From a virus (taxonomy: Duplodnaviria; Caudoviricetes), in the IMG/VR virus record IMGVR_UViG_3300031450_000011, positions 1 to 30,499 of that record: a stretch of DNA of 30,499 nucleotides; one strand, 5' to 3'. Positions 27,772-30,499 of the stretch are shown here, piece by piece. Below the pieces are notes generated by a model. That model saw only the letters and a program-made list of their open reading frames with translations. It did no database searches and was not told the DNA's origin. Position numbers and translations under genes: made by a program. Numbering within the stretch: the first letter of the stretch is position 1; every line of letters starts with the position of its first letter.

Positions 27772-28074
27772 ATGTCCGAAGCCGTCACCAGCACCGACCT
27801 GATGCCCGGCTCGATCGCCTACGTCTACCTGCCCTTCGTCGCCAGCAAGGACGTCTCAGCGGACACCTTCGCCTGGTCGAACGACATGGCCACCTGGACT
27901 CCCGGGGTCTACGTCACCACCTGGCCCGGGCCCAACGGGACCACCGTCACCGGGACCGCGGTCCGCGCGTTCGTCACCCTCGCCGCCGGCAAGATCCCCT
28001 GGTACATCAAGATCGGGGACTCACCCGAGTCGCCGATCTTGAAGGACGGCTACCTGCAGGTGGCGGCGTCGTGA
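27772..28074 (+). CDS. Small fibre-module protein
   Basis: AGGAGAGG RBS; C-terminal WYIKIGDSPESPI motif. Confidence 0.75.
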   Translation: MSEAVTSTDLMPGSIAYVYLPFVASKDVSADTFAWSNDMATWTPGVYVTTWPGPNGTTVTGTAVRAFVTLAAGKIPWYIKIGDSPESPILKDGYLQVAAS

Positions 28075-28403
28075 GCGAGCAGCCCACGCAGGCCGTGGCG
28101 CCCGCCACAGCGTCGACCGCGGCGCCGTCGTCCACGATCCACGTCTCCGCGGGCGCCCGGCAGCTCGTGTCTGGGGTCATCCCCGCCGGCCCCGACCCGG
28201 CCGTCGCCCTGGTCGCCTGGGACGGCCGGCCCACGCCCGGCGACTTCACCCCGGCCGTGGTCGCGCTGCCCGCCCCCGGTGGAATCGAGGTGGCGCGGCT
28301 CGCCACGGACACCGACCCCCGCGGCCTCGTGCGGCTGTGGGCCAGGACCGGCACCGGCGACGCCGTCAACGTCCACCCGCTGGGGGTCTACACGCTGGCG
28401 TAG
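28071..28403 (+). CDS. Hypothetical protein
   Basis: GTGA coupling; ends before terminator. Confidence 0.65.
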   Translation: MSEQPTQAVAPATASTAAPSSTIHVSAGARQLVSGVIPAGPDPAVALVAWDGRPTPGDFTPAVVALPAPGGIEVARLATDTDPRGLVRLWARTGTGDAVNVHPLGVYTLA

Positions 28404-28455
28404 TCTGGCCAGCATTGCTCCTCGCCCTCCCCCGGGATTGGCGGGGCTTGCACGC

Positions 28456-28492
28456 AGCGCCCCTCGTCCTCCGGGACGGGGGGCGCTTTCGT
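28456..28492. terminator. Intrinsic terminator between convergent units
   Basis: AGCGCCCCTCGTCC-tccg-GGACGGGGGGCGCT followed by TTCGTT. Confidence 0.85.
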
Positions 28493-28497
28493 TGCGT

Positions 28498-28992
28498 CTA
28501 CGGGACGTTGGGGAAGTCTCCGGGAGCACCAACGACGATTGTCGCAAAGGCAGTGGCGATCTCAGTCGACGGCGAGGCCTTGCAGACTTCGCTCATGCTC
28601 GTCGCCAGCCGCTTCACGAACGGGTCGGACTGGTCCTGGCTTTTCACCTTCAGGCTGACCACGAAGTCGTGGGCGGCGACGAACCGCTGCTGGTCCGTCA
28701 TGCTCGACGTCCACTGTGCGCACTTGGTGTCCCCGTAGGGCGTCTTCCACGTCTGGTCATACTTCCCTGGACCAGACGTGACAGACGTGACAGCCGCGGT
28801 CGGCGCGCTGGAGGCCGTCGTCGTGACGGTGACCGTGCTCGTGGACGCCGGCGCGCTGGTGGCCGTGACCGTGGACGCCGGCGCGCTGGTGGCCGTGACC
28901 GCAGAGCCGCCGTCGGACGCCGCCGACGCGTGGCCCATCCCGAACGCCACGAGCCCAGTCGCGATGTAGCCGATGACGTGCATGCGTCTCAT
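28498..28992 (-). CDS. Secreted/membrane-anchored Ser/Thr-rich protein (moron-like)
   Basis: N-terminal hydrophobic segment, Thr/Ser/Ala stalk with a 30-nt perfect tandem repeat, small domain with two Cys. Confidence 0.8.
   Translation of the reverse strand: MRRMHVIGYIATGLVAFGMGHASAASDGGSAVTATSAPASTVTATSAPASTSTVTVTTTASSAPTAAVTSVTSGPGKYDQTWKTPYGDTKCAQWTSSMTDQQRFVAAHDFVVSLKVKSQDQSDPFVKRLATSMSEVCKASPSTEIATAFATIVVGAPGDFPNVP
28841..28900. repeat. 30-nt tandem duplication (VTATSAPAST x2)
   Basis: gtggacgccggcgcgctggtggccgtgacc twice. Confidence 0.9.
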
Positions 28993-29019
28993 GGGCTGAG
29001 TGTGACCCTTCTAGTGTTG

Positions 29020-29925
29020 TTACGCACTTGGTATGCCGGAGATCGCCCGGCGCAGGGCGTCGTCGGTGATGTCGGTGTAGATCGCCGTGGTCGCCACGTT
29101 GGCGTGCCGCAGCGCCCGCTGCGCGGTCCGCAGGTTCCCACCCGAGGCCCGGAGCACCTGGGTGCCGTAATGGTGCCGGGCCGCATGCGGCGTGCCCGGC
29201 ACCCCGGCCCGGACCATCGCCCGCTTAATCGCCGACGACACCGAGCAGCGGTGCACATGCCCCGACGCGCTGTCTGTAGGGAACCACCAGCCGACCGCCG
29301 GCATCGCCGCCGCCAGGGTCTGGATGGCTGGGTGCATCGGCAGCGACGCATGGTGGCCGCCCTTCCCCAGCACCCGCAGGTCGTCGCCCTGGACGTCCTC
29401 GCCGCGGACCTTCGCGATCTCGTGCACCCGCAGCCCGGCGTAGCAGGCGAGCAGGACGTAGGCGCGGATCATCCTCGACCGAGGGTCGCTGCACGCACCC
29501 AGGATCGCCTCCACCTGCGCCGGCGTCAGCGGGCGCGGCTGGCCGGGGGAGACCCGCGGCTTCGGCAGTCGGGCGGACGGGTCGTCCTCGCGGCGCCCGG
29601 TGTCCATGAGCCACACGTAGAACGCGCGTAGCTGCGCCCGGTACGTCGCCTTCGAGGACTTCGAGGCCTCCACGCCGGTCCGGCCGTTGGTCAGTTCGGA
29701 CAGCCAGCGGGTCAATTGCTCCCGGTTCGCGGTCAACGGGTCGACGCTCTTGGCCAAACCTTTGATTGTGTAGGTGCGGGAAGTGATGGTGCGCTCAGAG
29801 TGACCGGACGCCATGCTGTGCCGGCGCCAGGCAGACAGCACGTCCTCCAGCGTCTCGGGCAGCGGCAGCGGGTCCATGAACCAAGTGTGACCTGCGGAAT
29901 CGTGGTAAGTCGTCGTCTGGGGCAT
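29020..29925 (-). CDS. int: Tyrosine integrase, short arm-less type (prophage integrase)
   Basis: AGLRVHEI, GKGG, HAARH, ALRH.NVATTAIYT; 301 aa; GAGGAG RBS; about 100 nt from att core. Confidence 0.92.
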   Translation of the reverse strand: MPQTTTYHDSAGHTWFMDPLPLPETLEDVLSAWRRHSMASGHSERTITSRTYTIKGLAKSVDPLTANREQLTRWLSELTNGRTGVEASKSSKATYRAQLRAFYVWLMDTGRREDDPSARLPKPRVSPGQPRPLTPAQVEAILGACSDPRSRMIRAYVLLACYAGLRVHEIAKVRGEDVQGDDLRVLGKGGHHASLPMHPAIQTLAAAMPAVGWWFPTDSASGHVHRCSVSSAIKRAMVRAGVPGTPHAARHHYGTQVLRASGGNLRTAQRALRHANVATTAIYTDITDDALRRAISGIPSA

Positions 29926-30017
29926 GGTTGGGCTCCTCGCTGTTCGGCTGAGCGAGGGTGGTACCCACTAACCTTCCGTTATGCTGCGCGGGACAGGATG
30001 CTGCGGCTCGCTCCTGG

Positions 30018-30062
30018 AACCTTCGGATCAGAAGGTTAGGGGTTCGAATCCCTTCGGGCGCG
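30018..30062 (+). other. attR: 3' half of tRNA-Arg(ACG) with symmetric core
   Basis: CGGATCAGAAGGTTAGGGGTTCGAATCCCTTCGGGCGCG contains the anticodon 3' strand, T-arm and acceptor strand but no 5' half; AACCTTC-ggatca-GAAGGTT dyad. Confidence 0.88.
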
Positions 30063-30083
30063 CTCTGTGTTGAGACAGACGAT

Positions 30084-30120
30084 CAGGCCCCTGACCAGCG
30101 GAAACGCGGGCGGGGGCCTG
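30084..30120 (+). terminator. Imperfect hairpin downstream of tRNA 3' end / integrase 3' end
   Basis: CAGGCCCCTG..CGGAAACG..GGGGGCCTG. Confidence 0.55.
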
Positions 30121-30126
30121 GCTCGT

Positions 30127-30499
30127 TCAGGGGTGAACATCGGCGTCGTCCTCCTTCTGCGTGGCCGTTTCGACGGCCTGCGGTAGGCATGCGGTAGGAA
30201 CTGCAGCGCCGGTGGTCTTGAGTACCTTCGCGATCCGGTCGGCCGCCTCCCGCCCCAGTCCCCGATTGACGTGGGTGTAGAGGTCAGCGGTGACGGAGAT
30301 CTGGGAGTGACCAAGGCGCTCTGAGACGACCTTCATCTCGACTCCAGCCAGGAGAGCAAGGCTCGCGTTGGTGTGGCGAAGGTCGTGAAGACGGATGCCT
30401 GGGAGCGCGGCCTCCGCAACAAGTGCCTGGAAGTGGCGGGTCGCGTACTCGGGTCGCAGCGGTAGGCCGTTCTCTCTAGTGAAGACGAGTCCGGCGTCG
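30127..30499 (-). CDS. int: Tyrosine integrase of a second integrated element (C-terminal part only)
   Basis: Frame open to window edge: LVFTRENG..IRLHDLRHTNASL..VVSERLGHSQISVTADLYTHV. Confidence 0.92.
   Translation of the reverse strand, partial: DAGLVFTRENGLPLRPEYATRHFQALVAEAALPGIRLHDLRHTNASLALLAGVEMKVVSERLGHSQISVTADLYTHVNRGLGREAADRIAKVLKTTGAAVPTACLPQAVETATQKEDDADVHP

Larger units (their letters stand above)
1..30062 (+). mobile_element. Prophage (siphovirus, HK97-type head), left part outside window, right end at tRNA-Arg-derived attR
   Basis: Complete syntenic terminase-portal-protease-capsid-tail-TMP-lysis order, ending in an integrase and a 3' tRNA fragment. Confidence 0.93.

Noticed and set aside
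29020-29925. Tail-fibre invertase / shufflon recombinase
   Set aside because: No inverted repeats or inverted fibre cassettes found; adjacency to the att core explains it as the integrase
29990-30062. Intact tRNA gene
   Set aside because: The 5' acceptor strand, D-arm and 5' anticodon strand are absent

Overview
High-GC actinobacterial siphovirus-type prophage, right-hand two thirds. The order is: end of the early region (RusA, small ORFs, a probable late regulator); HNH + small/large terminase with a probable cos region; HK97-type portal, protease and capsid; connectors, tail tube, a -1 frameshifting tail chaperone, a tape measure with a lytic transglycosylase domain and minor tail genes. 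Next comes an unusually large, translationally coupled lysis/envelope block: membrane proteins, an HD-domain protein, a papain-like peptidase, a DUF6424-like gene split by an antisense HNH endonuclease, a permuted NlpC/P60 enzyme, a two-catalytic-domain endolysin with an internal RBS, a holin and a GH26-like hydrolase. A second fibre-like module and a reverse-strand secreted protein follow. The prophage ends in a short arm-less tyrosine integrase next to an att site made of the 3' half of a tRNA-Arg(ACG). Antisense through the att core is an orphaned peptide ending ...ILSRAA*, the signature expected of integration-dependent immunity (a repressor degron cut off by integration). Beyond the att site, a second, larger integrase marks a tandem element in the same tRNA. 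All family calls are from motif recognition by eye; no searches were run.
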